Source: Octopus sinensis (taxonomy: Eukaryota). From it: a DNA stretch of 64,000 bases. The stretch covers positions 15,624,001 through 15,688,000 of the forward strand of contig NC_043004.1 in the NCBI RefSeq assembly GCF_006345805.1, written 5' to 3'. Shown piece after piece: positions 12,212 to 23,699 of this stretch (the first letter of the stretch is position 1; each line of letters opens with the position of its first letter). The notes beneath the pieces were generated by a model that saw nothing but the letters and a program-made list of their open reading frames with translations, searched no databases and was not told the origin of the DNA. The translations under genes were made by a program, and so were the position numbers.

Positions 12212-14204
12212 CACTGTGGAACATGAAAACTGGTGCCTCAAATATTAGACCATTTGGGGGTCTAAGTTTTGGTCTCTGATTCTAAATATATCATTAGATT
12301 TTTCCATCACTTCTAATAACTAAAATTTGATATACCCCAAATTTTAATGCATACAACCAATCGGGCACTAGGAATGATGTCTACAAATCATTATTTTTGA
12401 CTTCTGGCTTGATAAATCAAATTCATAGACGTAGGTGTATTTTAGTTATGAAGAATTTACATCAGAGAATAATAAGGAAACAAGCATAGAAAGTTGTCAT
12501 TGATACTCTGTTTATTCACTCAGATATCTTACAAGATCGGCACTTCATAGACTTTTTCCGGTGAGTTGTGCCAGGGCAATGACTTTGAATAGACGAGCAG
12601 TAATCTGTCATCAGAATGGTCCCCGGTATCTTTCTTCCATAGTTCTTAAACCTTGGTGGAATTGTTCCCTCTGCTCTTCACCAAGAATTTCTAGGAGACA
12701 ATCCAAATGTCTGTGATACTCATTGTGCTGCCAAGGTGACGGAGGGAAGGTAGCATTCTCCCTACTAACTCTCTGTAATTAACTGCTTTATAGATCTCAA
12801 GAATATTCTGTGCAAACATAGTGAAAGTAGATCATGCATCTACCTCTGTATTTTTCATTGAATCTTTGAAATCTGGATCATTCATGAGTCCTCTGATTTG
12901 CAGACCGCCAAAGATACCAGCCGTTAGCTTCTCCATGCTCTCTTCTGGAAGTTTTCTGCAGATCTAGCCAAAGAATTTCCTTTCAGATCATTTACAAACT
13001 GCTTCATTAAACCTAATTTAGCGTGCAGTGGTGGTAAAATTATCTTATTCTGGTCAACCAATGTTTCTGAAATTATATTCTTTGCTCCTACAACCATTTT
13101 CTTCTCTCAGTGGACACAGATTAAAAAATGTTGATCGAGGTATGATTTTTTTCTGTAGGACCAATGCAACTGATTTTTGCTCTTCAGTCGTCTTAGTTGG
13201 GTGATCAATTGGGACTGATCGATATTTGTTTCCGCTGTGTAGAAGGATACATTTTATGCTCCACTTAGAACTGCCTATGAACAGCTGCCATTCCCATAGT
13301 AGATATTGTGATACTCCCATTTTCATCAGCAGGTTTTGAACATTGTTGTAAAAAACAGAATCCTTTTACTCCAAGAAGAACGGCAGTAAATCACTCTCTC
13401 TATTGCGATAATATGTGATTTTGGTTTCCGGATGCAATACATTCTTTTCTGATAGTCCCGGCGCCAACAATTCTGCTGATTTCTTTCAGTGATTTCACTC
13501 CCTAATGAGATCGTTGAGCTCCAGTTGTATAAAAACCTGTGCCGCCGACAAAGTCCCTTCAAAATCATTAGCATCATGACTACTGTTTATATGTGAAGCT
13601 CCAGGGAGTTCTTCTACATTAGTGAATGATGGGACTAGTATTTGATCTGACTGATGAACACATCGTGTTGCCGAGTTTAAGTCAGGATACACCCATTTAC
13701 TCCGTTTACGTCCATTAATGCCCTTTATGTTAACCAAACAGAAGTAGCAATCTTCACAGTGATTACTCTGTTCTCTCCACACCATACATATATCAAATTT
13801 CAGACATTTCTTCATACCATTTGTTCAATCTCGAAGGTGTACAATACAGGTCTTTTTTTTTTGTTTTTAACTTAGCGTCTGAAGCCCATATCTTGTCTTT
13901 GTTCCTTAGTTTTATTTTGAAATAGCTTAAGTATGCCCTATTCACAACATCAGAAATGCATTTTCTCTCTTTCCTGAATGTATATTTAAGCATTTGTCAA
14001 ATACACAACAGGTCATCTCTGATTCTATAATAACAATGCTGGTAGCCTATCACAGAGTTATATGCGGGCAGCTGTACATTATCTCAAAAAGTATGACTGT
14101 TAGAAAGAAACGAATGACATATTGTTGTTCGGAGGACTGAATATACTTATAATCAGGTATAAAACGTGAGGCATCAGCATTTTGTTTTCATTTGTTCCCC
14201 AGTG
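12212..14204 (-). mobile_element. Full-length decayed Chapaev3-type (CMC superfamily) DNA transposon
   Basis: Imperfect TIRs CACTG(t/g)GGAACA...TGAAAAC...TG(g/a)TGCCTCA at 12212 and 14204, with TTA on both sides (12209-12211, 14205-14207). Contains a transposase pseudogene. Confidence 0.85.
12530..14045 (-). pseudogene. Chapaev3-like transposase, multiply frameshifted
   Basis: Motifs YFKIKLRNKDKIWA, MVWREQSNHCEDCYFCLVN, WQLFIGSSK (D to G at the first catalytic position), IILPPLHAKLGLMKQFV, EEQREQFHQGLRTMEERYRG. Confidence 0.85.
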
Positions 14205-14574
14205 TTATAGATCCCGCATGCACAATGGATGTGCTTAGCATATAAGTCGAATTTGCTGCATGTTACGCACTTGAAAAATCTCCCTACATTTGCCGATTAT
14301 TAAACAACATCTCAATGTCACAAGTCAGGTGCAGAATCTATTGCAGCATGACCGCAGTTTTCGAGTTGAAACATTTTAAGGAGTTAGAGTATACATACAT
14401 GCGTACATACATATATATACACATACGTACATATGTTTGTTTGTGAGTGAGTGTATGAGTGTACGTATATACACAGACATGGCGGAAGAAGACACAGCAT
14501 AGAATTTCGTTTTATGTTTGACTTGAAAATGTATATATTTCTTTTTAATTGACATTTTTATGTTGCAGGTTCTA

Positions 14575-15013
14575 CAAACGCAATTTCGGCCATTATCAAT
14601 AATATTGACATTATCGATAATTTTGTTTGAAACATGACCTGATATAGCCTAAAATGGTGTCATCCTTTTCGCGTCACGTTCAGCCGGACCAATGACGATT
14701 CTCTGTGCTGCCCGCCCTACCCGCCCGTGTCTACAGTCCTGTATGATAGTTTTCATGTCTCATTTGTGTTACCCACTTTTGTCTTTCTTACAGTCCCACG
14801 GAGTTTTTTGTTGTATATGTATTAATTTTATTATTATTGATTGTTCTCGTCTAGCCTATATTCTGTTTATTGTTTTCACCCTCTTCCCTCCATTAACGGT
14901 CTCGTCTCAAGCCCGTCTTCTTTTGTTATATTTTGTTCTCGTTCCCGATAAGTTTCTTACCGGTGCCTACAGGGTGGATGTAATATTATCAATCATGGCC
15001 GAAATTGCGTTTG
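14575..15013. repeat. ~440-bp unit bounded by ~37-bp imperfect inverted repeats
   Basis: caaacgcaatttcggccattatcaataatattgacat at 14575 is nearly the reverse complement of atgtaatattatcaatcatggccgaaattgcgtttg ending at 15013. Confidence 0.8.
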
Positions 15014-15110
15014 ACCGATAACTGATGAGGAGTTGGTGACCTGTGTCGTCTGTTGGCCTGTGTATTTAGTATATGTCCGTTTGTATATTTACTACACATT
15101 TCTATAAATT

Positions 15111-15169
<59 letters not shown>

Positions 15170-15498
15170 TGAATCAAAATTTCCTTTTGTTGTCTTCTTT
15201 ATATATATAATGTTTAATTATTATCTTATACTGCATTCAGTCATTGGACTGCAGCCATTGTACGGTACGGCCTTGAATATATACTTTCGAGCAAGTCAAG
15301 CACAGTAGTTAATTATTAGTTGTTACTTATTCTATTCTTATGTTTTTTTTACCTAAACTCTATGTTACGGCGGTAGTAAACAAAAACAAAGTGACTGCGG
15401 GTGAAGTGATTGTGGTAAATATATAAAGTGTAATTTCTGTTTTAATTCTTTAGAACACACCCGCCCAGATTTATCAACGTACTACATAATTAATATAT

Positions 15499-15845
15499 GA
15501 TTTTGATTTTGATTTTGATTTTTCCAGTTTCAGCTAATGAGCTGTGGCCATGCTGGGGCACCGCCATTTGGTTTGCTACACGATTTTACCTCACGGATGC
15601 TTTTTAGCAAACGCCATCTGATGCATGAGAGAGTTCCATGCAGCTGCCCTCATCTGCACCTCCTGCCGTGAAGTTGGTTCATCCGGGACACCTGACAGGA
15701 AGAGATCCAGTCCTACTTTAAAGACATCCGCATCTACACCATGCAGGTCCCTCAGGTTCTTCGGGAGGATATTGAAGAGCTGTGGGCCTCTGAAGCCCAG
15801 GCTGTCACAGTATCATGTCCTACATCTTGATGGCAAATTTGGAGT
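15499..15845 (-). mobile_element. 3' end of a CR1-like LINE (RT C-terminus, 3' UTR, (AAAATC)n tail)
   Basis: Minus translation CDSLGFRGPQLFNILPKNLRDLHGVDADVFKVGLDLFLSGVPDEP...RAAAWNSLMHQ. It is followed by ggcggtgccccagcatggccacagctc and a hexamer tail. Confidence 0.8.
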
Positions 15846-16170
15846 CCTTATATTTAATTTCATGTTATTTTTGCTGATTTTAAACTCCTGATCTTGATGA
15901 ATTTAATCTTTTAATTTTGTAACTTTTCTACAAAATGTTTAAATGTAATACATTATATATATATACTGTAATCGCTTTCACCCAAGTCTCATCCATACGG
16001 TTAGTAGTTATCTATCACTAGCTAAGTATAGTATTGATTTTCAATCTTTACATCCTATTTATTTATTGTCTCTCTCTCTCTCTCCCTCTCTTTTTCTGGT
16101 TTGTCTATATTTTCCCTGTTTCACTATTTTTATGTCTTCAATTTACGTAAGCCATATGTTCAAGCTAACA

Positions 16171-16578
16171 TACTCTTTACTCTTTTACTCTTTTACTTGT
16201 TTCAGTCATTTGACTGCAGCCATGCTGGAGCACCGCTTTTAGTCGAGCAAATCGACACCGGGACTTATTCTTTGTAAACCCAGTACTTATTCTATCGGTC
16301 TCTTTTGCCGAACCGCTAAGTTACGGGGACGTAAACACACCAGCATCGGTTGTCAAGCAATGCTAGGGGGACAAACACAGACACACAAACACACACACAC
16401 ACACATATATATATACGACAGGCTTCTTTCAGTTTCCTTCTATCAAATCCACTCACAAGGCATTGGTCGGCCCGGGGCTATAGCAGAATACACTTGCCCA
16501 AGATGCCACGCAGTGGGACTGAACCCGGAACCATGTGGTTGGTTAGCAAACTACTTACCACACAGCCCTCATGCGCCT
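16171..16578 (-). mobile_element. Family-A tRNA-derived SINE, full length
   Basis: Head with A/B boxes (ggctgtgtggtaagtag / gggttcagtccc), internal (TA)(TG) tract and (AAAAGAGT)n tail. Confidence 0.95.
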
Positions 16579-17047
16579 AGTTTATAATTCTCCTTTAATT
16601 CTCTTCAATTACTCTCTAAATTCTTAGTATGTGCTTTAACTCTTTAAGACACAACCACCCATACTACATTTCCTCTTCTTTTTGTTTTTGCATCTCTTTC
16701 CACCCCCATCCTTACACACTGTTAGGTTACAAAGTATGGCTGCTAGTGAGGAGGTGATTTATGTTATCCTACCACGTACCACACTACTCCCTCACCAAAG
16801 TCATCAAGTGTATCGTCATTTTCATTTGATTCCTGAGAAATTAGTTGTCTTTTTTTAGAGTTATCAATTTGATATTTTTTTTACCTTCCCGTTGTCGCGG
16901 GTGCATGTCGTCCGGTGGCCAAATATATTTTTACCCGCCAAACGAAATTGGGTAGCAGTGGAGTCGTTGTACTGACCGACACTATCCTACGTCTAGATAA
17001 ATCGATATGCTGTATATGGTCCCACATTATTTAATAATGTTATTTAG

Positions 17048-17106
17048 CTTCTTCTTCTTCTTCTTCTTCTTCTTCTTCTTCTTCTTCTTCTTCTTCTTCT
17101 TCTTCC

Positions 17107-17137
<31 letters not shown>

Positions 17138-17142
17138 CTTCT
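17048..17142. repeat. (TTC)n microsatellite
   Basis: Seen directly in the sequence. Confidence 0.95.
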
Positions 17143-17287
17143 ACTCCTTTTTATTCTGCCTCCCTTAATCTCTACCCTCCTTACTCATCCCATAACTGCA
17201 TTTGTATTTATTTTTGTTGTTTCCGCGCTAAACAAGCCAGAGGACAATGTCTGGAAGACGCATAATATGACAGCACACCATTGATGC

Positions 17288-17339
17288 AAGTCTGATGAAG
17301 TGACTCGCTAACGTCTAACACTGCAAACCGCGTAAGCTT
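17288..17339 (+). ncRNA. Decayed minimal hammerhead-like motif
   Basis: CUGAUGA agug...cacu GcAAAC cgc GUA. The GAAA box is disrupted and stem I is weak. Confidence 0.4.
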
Positions 17340-19485
17340 TCAATTTGAATTTTTGCGTAAGCTAGCGTTGGAAGCAGAGTTGGTGCAGAAACAATTGTAA
17401 TGAGTCATTAAAGTTGTGTTAACGAATATCCTTGTCTTATTATTTGGATTATAATTTACACTTCGTGAAACCCATATTCCTGTGTGTCCATCGTGAAACA
17501 GCAATTTTCTACACTTGAAGAATTCCGGCATGGGATGTAAATCCGAAAGTATTGACATCCTAGTATTCGGGTCGAGTGCTTCTCTGGAAATACCCTGCCT
17601 TTACAACCTACACATTGTCATACAGTATGCAAAGACTACACATTGCCATACAGCATCCGAAGTACAAGAATCGACTGATAAATGCATCTGTAAGTAAATG
17701 TTAGAGAAGCGATTTTATCAATATTTGCAGAGCATTCATTTGGAACTATCCTTTCATATACAGGTGACATATGCTGTTTCTCTATATGAGGCAGAAAGAG
17801 GTGAAAAATAGAACAGCTTTGCATTTCTAAACAATAATTTATCTAGCATAGACTTAATTAGCATATAGATATCCAGATGCTGATTTTGGAGAAGTAAAGT
17901 CTAAGTATAAAGAAGATACATGTCTGCATTTCTTAAATTTGTGATTGAGATAAATCTGTTGGAAGAATTTTCAAGGTAAAGAAGGAATGTAGGTAAATTA
18001 TGTTGATTCAATGTAAATCGAAGACATTTCATTTTTCGTTAATTTCCCGTCAATGCCTACCTATTTACAGTATGTAAAAATGACAAAATTTTGTAGATAA
18101 TATTGAATTTTTTCTGATTTCGAAACAACTCACTTTATTTACTGAGTAAATATGAATTAACTTAAATTAGTCGTAATATTTATATATCCCAGTTTACGAA
18201 ATGTAATTTATTGAGCTACTGAAATAAATTAATTGTTTTCATAAAAAGTTAATCAGAAATATTAAATCAAGATTTCAGAATAAAATTTATTTAGCACACT
18301 CCAAATCTAATTCATTACTGCAAATTCTCTTTTATAACTTAAATTCATTGACTTCTTCCCGCACATTTTCATCAAATCTTTTTTCTCTTAATCGGTAGTT
18401 TTAAAATATTATAATATAAAAATGATAACATTTTCTATACACTATACACGAAAAACCAAAAACATATTCAGCGTTAGTATTCTATAGTTTAAAGGAATGT
18501 CACTTATGAATGTTAAACATTGTGACAGTATAAATCAATTTCATACTGATGAAGTTTCAGAGCTTAAGATTTTTTAAAAATATAGATATTGTATAACATA
18601 AAAGAGAGAAAAATTTTAACAGTTATATTGATGTACTAATTTAATCACGTGGAAGAATAATTCTATAGTTTTTCTATGCCAGAATAACAACGGAAAAAAA
18701 AACATAACAAATAAACACAACATGTAAAAGATGCTAACAGTTAAATATATTATCAGATAAAGTTTATAGAAATTTAACAGACTGGCAGAAATTCTATTAA
18801 AATGTATCCATTTTAAAATTGATGTAATGGATTTTTCTCTGTAATTCCTGTTACATAAAATTCTATTATGCAAATTGAATTTTCGAAATACGTAACAACA
18901 AGTATTGTTCATGAACATAGTAATTGTTTACGAATAATATTGGCATTTGAAGTTATAACTGGACTTTGTTCAATTTCCATAGCCCATATGTTGTAAACAA
19001 ATGAGAAACGTAAAGTATTGTTTTATAGAAACAATGCCATGATGATGAATAATACCACACTGCGGAGAAATAATGAGAAATTCTAATATTGTTATTCATT
19101 AAGAAATTTATAGCTGCGATACTTTGAGATAAAACATTCTTTTATTTCATTGAATCTATGTCGCGAAAAGATGAAATATTTCAAATTGCTGATTTATATT
19201 TGTTCTGTTACAAAAGAGGTGATGTTCTACAAAATAGCAGTGAGCTTTCCCTTTCAAACTACACGTTAACATTTTCGGAAAAGCCCTGTTGTTTAATGCA
19301 CCCCTATGTTTTATATAGCTACAAAAATGATTTGCCAAGCTTTTACTGGTGGTATTTTCCATCGTAGTGAAGGCAACGACATTGCTGTCTGACGTTGTCA
19401 CTTACTTGTTTATCGTGAGTTAAATTTTGTTACTGCGTTACACGTAAATTTTGTTAAACGTTTTTTTGTTGTACGGCTGCACGGT

Positions 19486-21139
19486 GTTTGTCTGTCTGTG
19501 TTGAGACAGACAAGGACAGCCTCTCCCTAATGGGAGAGACGGCAAGAATATTCGAAACCCTATCGGACTTGTCTGTGTCTGAGGAGGAATTGGAGGAAGC
19601 GGTGAGGAAAATGGACCAGAAATTAGGTAATACCTATGCTGGAGTCACCAAAAAATCGGAGGAGAGAGAATTGGACTTAGCCAAGCTACCAAGTTATTAG
19701 AATTTTATTAAGAAGGACGGCGGTGAGGTGGAATTAGAACCGCCACCAAAGCGCAGAGAATGGATCGAGAAAAGGACTATTACCTACCGGGTCTATGTAA
19801 ACGGAAGGAAAAAAATCGAAGTGGTGAATATGGAATGAATAGAAGAGGCTCTGAGAAGAACAGAAGAGGAAATAATATTTCTGACAAGAGGTACAAGCTA
19901 CGGTACTGTGGTAGTACAGTTCAGGAGTGAAAAAGTAGCAAGGAGGAGGGCGGCGAAAGCAGTGAAATCTGAGAGGGTATTCCTTTTGCCCTCATACTTA
20001 AACAGGAAAATTACCAGAATAAGGGTAGAGGGAATACCCCCAAACGTCGAAGCTGAGTGGATTATGGCAGCTATAATTAGCGGTCATGACGATGAAGTGG
20101 GCATCCTCCATGCCACGGTAAAAACCGAAGGCTGGGAGAGGTGCAACGCTGGATCTGAATGTACAAGCAGAAAATGATGTACTGGAGAACTTAACAGAGA
20201 ACATCAGGTTGGGAGGCGTAATCATGAGAGTGTGGGTAGAGGGCAGAGCTCCGCGTTGTTACAAGTGTGGCCTGAGGGGCCACATAAGAGCTAACTGCCC
20301 TCCCCCAGAGAAAGATATGGATGCGGAACCACAAAGAGAGGCGGAAGAAGAGCAGATACCGGAAGAGAAGTGGGCGGAGGGCAGAGCTCCACGTTGCTAC
20401 AAGTGTGGCCAGAGTGGCCACATAAGAGCAAACTGCCTCCCCCCCACCAAAAGATATGGATACGGAACCTCAAAGGGAGGTGGAAGAGGGGCGGAAACCT
20501 GAGGAGAAGGAGTCAACAGAAGAAGAGGAGGATCCAAAAGAATGGAAAGAAGTCGGGGAGAAGAGGAAGAGAAAAAGAAGAGGAAAACCAAACAGTGTTG
20601 AACCCCAACCAACCCCAACACCACCCGCACCCTCAGAGACCCACCATCCCCCTGCAGACAGTGAGCCCACCCACTCCCCACGAACAAGAAAACAAAAAAG
20701 AGAAACATACGAACAAGATACTAAAAATATACCTAAGCCCTACACCCTATGTATTTCAGGGAAAGAGGAAATAAAAGAGACTTTAACGGACTACCAATGT
20801 TGTGATAGGGGACAGAAAATATGTGCAATAATCCCAAAGGAACAAGTGGAGGAATTTATGGAAAGGTGCAAAGAGAAAGACTGGGGAATGACTATGGTGA
20901 AGAGACGATGAAAGTGTTGGAAGAATGGTTTGAGAGAGGGATAGAGAGGAAGGCATATTTGCTTGGGTTTAATAACTAAAGGACAGGTAAGTGACGCTAG
21001 CGGATGGGGCCGTTAGCGTTGCTTTAATAATATCATTTTCATAAATTCATGTATTCATTATTATGTAAATGTGATGTTTTGTGTCCCCAATGTTTGTGCT
21101 GTCGGTTCTGTGTCGCCCTCTATAGGTAATAAAGAAATC
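19486..21139 (+). mobile_element. ORF1-only non-autonomous LINE derivative (HAL1-like; L1/Tx1-type ORF1)
   Basis: A single decayed gag-like ORF, a ~230-bp 3' UTR ending AATAAAGAAAT, and no endonuclease or RT sequence adjacent. Confidence 0.65.
19530..20911 (+). pseudogene. LINE ORF1/gag-like nucleic-acid-binding protein with two CCHC zinc knuckles
   Basis: One frame runs 19530-20177 with two in-frame stops (RRM-like VVVQF..., RIRVEGIP). After a frameshift come VEGRAPRCYKCGLRGHIRANC and RCYKCGQSGHIRANC, then an acidic/basic/Pro-rich linker and a C-terminal domain ending at 20911. Confidence 0.8.
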
Positions 21140-21295
21140 AGAATCGGAGAAAATGCTTTCCTTTCGGATTTACGTACTAAGTTCAAATTCCGTCGAGGTC
21201 GACCTTGTCATTCATCCTTTCAAACCGATAAAATAAATACTACTAATTACACTGAGGCAGATGGAATGGACTTATCGACTCCCATTAACTCGCTA
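21140..21295 (+). mobile_element. Degenerate family-B SINE directly abutting the ORF1-only element
   Basis: agaatcg...aaatgc...aagttcaaattccgtcgaggtcgaccttgtcattcatcctttc. Confidence 0.7.
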
Positions 21296-21789
21296 GCCTT
21301 GTGCCAACATTTAAAACATTTTCTTCACTGTGGCTTCTAATCAAACAGGCAAACTAATTTTCCTTTAAGCTATTTTATGATTGAATGTCTGCACTGCATT
21401 ATACCAAGTTTATTTTCTTTTAAAAAGAGACATTATACACGTAACACATTATTCTTTATGTAAATAAGATAATATTAGTATTAATATGTTTAGAATCGTC
21501 CCAACTATTGTGCCAGTACGTTCGTTTGAATGTTCTGTAAGAATGTCTAGTCCACCTTCAACATCAACACTTAAGTAAGTGAATGACTGTTCTGAATTTT
21601 TAGCCTTCCTACTAAATTTAAATACGATTATATCCTTACTGTACATCTTCGAACTAAGAAGCTGTAAAACTGTAATCTTTTACATCGGTTACATATTGGC
21701 AATGAATTTTGTCATTCTCCTTAAAGGTAAGAATCTAAATTCAAACCAAGTTTATTAATGGCATAATTTTAATGAGTATATGTACATAT

Positions 21790-22036
21790 GGGTGTATGTC
21801 CGTGGCTTAGTGGTTAAGGTGTCAGCATCATGATCGTAAGATTGTGGTTTCAATTCCTGGACCGGGCGACGCGTTGTGTTCTTGGGCAAAACACTTCATT
21901 TCACGTTGCTCCAGTTCACTCAGCTGGCAAAAATGAGTAACGCTGCGATGGACTGGCGCCCCTTCCAGCTTGGGAACACATTCGCCACGGAAACCGGCCC
22001 ATGAGCCTGGCTAGGCTTTAAAAGGGCGCATTTATT
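21790..22036 (+). mobile_element. Family-C tRNA-derived SINE (short-tail variant)
   Basis: gtggcttagtggttaagg A box, ggtttcaattcc B box, gttcttgggcaaaacacttcatttcacgttgctccag core, tail ggctttaaaagggcgcattt. The same variant lies at 48835-49035. Confidence 0.9.
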
Positions 22037-23261
22037 TTAATATATATATATGGAACGCCATCAAAACAACGCTAGTGGAACGAATTTAGAACATATAAAG
22101 TAGTGCAATATTAGAAATTATACTTCCATTTTCTTTGCTACTTACACCTACTAACAATTATAGCAGAGAAAAATATTTGTGCATGCATGCTCAGTTATAG
22201 AAAGCATGTAATTATTATATATTACACATTGTTGAAATACAAGGGACACATTGTATTTTTACTTTACACTAATCCTGACGTAATACACCATAGTGGATAT
22301 CTGAATACTTTTGACTAATTTACATGGTCATCATTATTCTTACATAATCAATTGCATTTACGTAAAAGGGGGAAAGATAACCATACCATCAAGTGCACAT
22401 TGCTGTATTTTTCTCTAAAGCGCAAGATATTAAAGCATTAGTCGTTTCTACTCTCTACGGTAATCAACTTAACGACATTACTTTGGGAAAATATGGCTGA
22501 TGCACAACAGAATAATCTTTATTTAATTTTGAAAATTAAAGTAAATAATTTAAGTGCTAGTGTATCAAATCTTGCAGCAAATATTTCACGAATAATCTAA
22601 TAAAAGGGTAGATGATAAATTGTTCACTATGATATTTTTCAATGGAAATGTTCTTCGGTGTAACAAAGAATACACGGAGGACGGTGAATTGCTTATAGTC
22701 ACCGATAATGTAAGCGCTAACTTAACTACTGTAATTTAGACACAACAGCAAGCTGTCAGTATTTTTGTCAAGACGTTCATATTTCGACCGTACTTCATGA
22801 TAGATGCGGCAAAAACATTTCAGTAGATTGGTTTTATTATAAATCGGTTTGTTCATTTTCGGTAACTGTTTTCTAAAACTGGAATAAATCAAAATGAAAT
22901 TATATGAATACATATTATTGAGAATGGAAATTAGAGATAACTGAAATTATAATATCAGCATTTAGTAATTTTTAATTCTGTTTCGATGTATATCTATTTC
23001 AAAATTAGCATAAAAATTGCATATAATAATAATAATAATAATTATAATAATTCATATATTTTCATTTCGAATGTGATTGAGTGCGAATGGCAATTGATGC
23101 TGATAATCTTATGCAATAAAGAGAAGGAAATGCATATACCGTATTTATTCATGTATAATAAGTGAAAATATTTTCATATACGCATACACAAATACACTTA
23201 TATGCATATACACACACACGTATATATATGCACACAAACACACATATATGTATATATGTAT

Positions 23262-23445
23262 AGGGAGAGTTTACGAAAAAAACAAAAGACGAAGACAGGT
23301 GGTATGCAAAACAAACGGATGTATTAGTATAACGTTCAGGAATAGAAAAAGTCTTTTACGTTTCGAGCCTACCTCTTCTACAGAAAGGGACACAGAAAAA
23401 TCAAGGAGAGAAAAAGATGTGTGTAGTGGGTAACGATCTATCATG
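23262..23445 (-). mobile_element. PLE pseudo-LTR-like module with a minimal hammerhead-like motif, embedded in (TA)n
   Basis: Minus 23391-23351: gucccuuu CUGUAGA agag-guagg-cuc GAAAC GUA aaagac. Confidence 0.6.
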
Positions 23446-23449
23446 GCGA

Positions 23450-23503
<54 letters not shown>

Positions 23504-23699
23504 TAGATATATGCATACATACATACATACATACACACACATATGTATATTTGTATGTATATATATTATAAACATGGGAAATGGATCGCAGGGATGGCAT
23601 TGGATTGAGTTGAGATTATACGGACATTATTTTCTTAGCCCACCACCTAAAGGCGAAGTCTGCCCCTGCAACAAGTGACACCGTATCAAGTATCTCTGA

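Noticed and set aside
18616-19401. ORFs suggesting a GPCR-like N-terminus (MTTSDSN...ENTTSK) and hydrophobic stretches
   Set aside because: No continuous frame or 7TM motifs. The hydrophobicity is explained by AT-rich composition.
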